DNA of 63,771 nucleotides, counting the filler, from Perkinsus chesapeaki ATCC PRA-425 (lineage: Eukaryota; Protista; Perkinsozoa): NCBI GenBank assembly GCA_013115145.1. It is 12 parts of 12 records of this genome, joined end to end, with 100 filler letters (N's around TTAATTAATTAA, not from the genome) between each part and the next. Parts side by side here need not be neighbours in the genome. Positions count along the whole stretch, not along the records: positions 62,485 to 63,771 come from JAAPAO010002058.1; 11 more parts are not named here. One strand, written 5' to 3'. Made by a program: the position numbers and the translations under genes. Below the pieces are notes generated by a model. That model was given only the letters and a program-made list of their open reading frames with translations. It did no database searches and was not told the DNA's origin. Positions 62,588-63,771 of the stretch are shown piece after piece (position 1 is the first letter of the stretch; every line of letters starts with the position of its first letter).

Positions 62588-62612
62588 CTGAGACAAAAGA
62601 TAGAAAAGAAAT
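62588..62612 (-). promoter_or_regulatory. Candidate splice or spliced-leader acceptor upstream of the PGDH ATG
   Basis: Polypyrimidine tract TTTCTTTTCTATCTTTTGTCTCAG ends about 33 nt before the ATG at 62554. Confidence 0.3.
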
Positions 62613-63086
62613 CGAACAACAGAAGCGGATAGAACGGTGAACCCAACGTGGATTGTCATAGCAATAGCGCTAGGTATCTTCTAGCGAGTGAAGCTTGTCA
62701 CAAAGGGGACAGGATTCACGACAACAGCACCCTTGGAAGGGCACATGTTAGCTCGGTTTCTCACAAATGCGTACATGTAGTATTGTTCACTGAGATTGCC
62801 AGTAGTATATAATTGGATTGTGGAAGCTACCCCCAACACTAGAAGGGATTTCTATCCTTGTGCCAAGTCCCGTCGCGATTCTTGGTACACCCCTCGGACT
62901 GCATGCTTGGAATGATTGTGCCGTATTGGAGCGGATTTCTCCAATACGCTATAACCTCAATGGAGCCGATCATGTATCTGGGTGTTTATTCAACAATATG
63001 ATGGGGGGAGGCGTGCCTGGTGCATAGTAAGCCAATTAACTTCCGTATAGCCGATACGGTATCCGTGACTGTGAGTTATTTACCCT

Positions 63087-63369
63087 TCGAGAAAGCACCG
63101 CTTCGTAGAGATAGGAACGCATAAGCAAGTTATTTAGCGTCCACAATCGAGAAAGCACCGCTTCGTAGAGATAGGAACGCATAAGCAAGTTATTTAGCGT
63201 CCACAATCGAGAAAGCACCGCNNNNNNNNNNNNNNNNNNNNNNNNNNNNNNNNNNNNNNNNNNNNNNNNNNNNNNNNNNNNNNNNNNNNNNNNNNNNNNN
63301 NNNNNNNNNNNNNNNNNNCGCTTCGTAGAGATAGGAACGCATAAGCAAGTTATTTAGCGTCCACAATCG
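63087..63369. repeat. 60-bp tandem repeat spanning an N gap in the PGDH intergenic spacer
   Basis: Perfect units of CGAGAAAGCACCGCTTCGTAGAGATAGGAACGCATAAGCAAGTTATTTAGCGTCCACAAT on both sides of the 97-N gap. Confidence 0.95.
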
Positions 63370-63574
63370 TTACTAGTCTCTTCGCTCGGACTCTCATTTG
63401 CTCTTGTCAGATCAACCATCCCAACTCGCTCATATTCTTTCACTGTACTTTAAAACACCACCCACGTGAAGCAGTTTTCGAAATAATAGAGTAAGCTATC
63501 CGCATGATGATATAAGTTACATAAGAGCAAAAACAGTGATCGGAAAGAAACAGTGAGAAACGGAAGAGACACCT

Positions 63575-63771
63575 TTAAAAGGCCTTGCCGTTGACCTGAT
63601 GAACAGCGGAGCCGTCCTTGAAATAAGTGGCGATCTGCTTGGCAGCAGCAAGACCAGCCTTAACATTAGACTCGACAGTCTGAGCACCCATTTTCTTGGG
63701 AGTAACAATAAGCTGCTTCTTCATCTGATCGGGACCAATCTTCTCTCTCAATTCATCCATCTTGTTGAAAC
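63575..63771 (-). CDS. PHGDH: D-3-phosphoglycerate dehydrogenase (Lys-type, no ACT domain), C-terminus
   Basis: LIVTPKKMGAQTVESNVKAGLAAAKQIATYFKDG..VN, then stop. This matches the TPKKMGAQT motif of type IIIK PGDH. Confidence 0.87.
   Translation of the reverse strand, partial: FNKMDELREKIGPDQMKKQLIVTPKKMGAQTVESNVKAGLAAAKQIATYFKDGSAVHQVNGKAF

Overview
This is eukaryotic, intron-rich DNA and not one locus. Eleven artificial 100-bp joins (44 N + TTAATTAATTAA + 44 N, stops in all six frames) concatenate about 12 unrelated contigs, and two plain N gaps lie inside tandem arrays. Short (34-60 nt) GT-AG/GC-AG introns, a flagellar gene, co-oriented tandem gene copies and the gene families suggest a perkinsid alveolate (Perkinsus-like); this is inference, not a database result. 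Recognisable host genes: GH20 beta-hexosaminidase, an S10 carboxypeptidase fragment, CCDC39, a DHHC palmitoyltransferase (SWF1/ZDHHC4-like), a double U1-type zinc-finger protein, two coiled-coil genes, an FkbM-type methyltransferase, a PPP phosphatase, and the two ends of a Lys-type phosphoglycerate dehydrogenase. Mobile DNA: Ty3/Gypsy-like pol and gag pieces and a hAT transposase fragment. Best new signal: the four intact pepsin-like ORFs at 37.6-44.4 kb appear to be two copies of one spliced gene encoding two complete pepsin folds in tandem. Each upstream ORF stop sits inside an AG|GTGAGA splice donor, and a stop-free linker exon joins it in frame to a downstream domain that has no start codon of its own. 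Exon structures were read by eye and need RNA confirmation.
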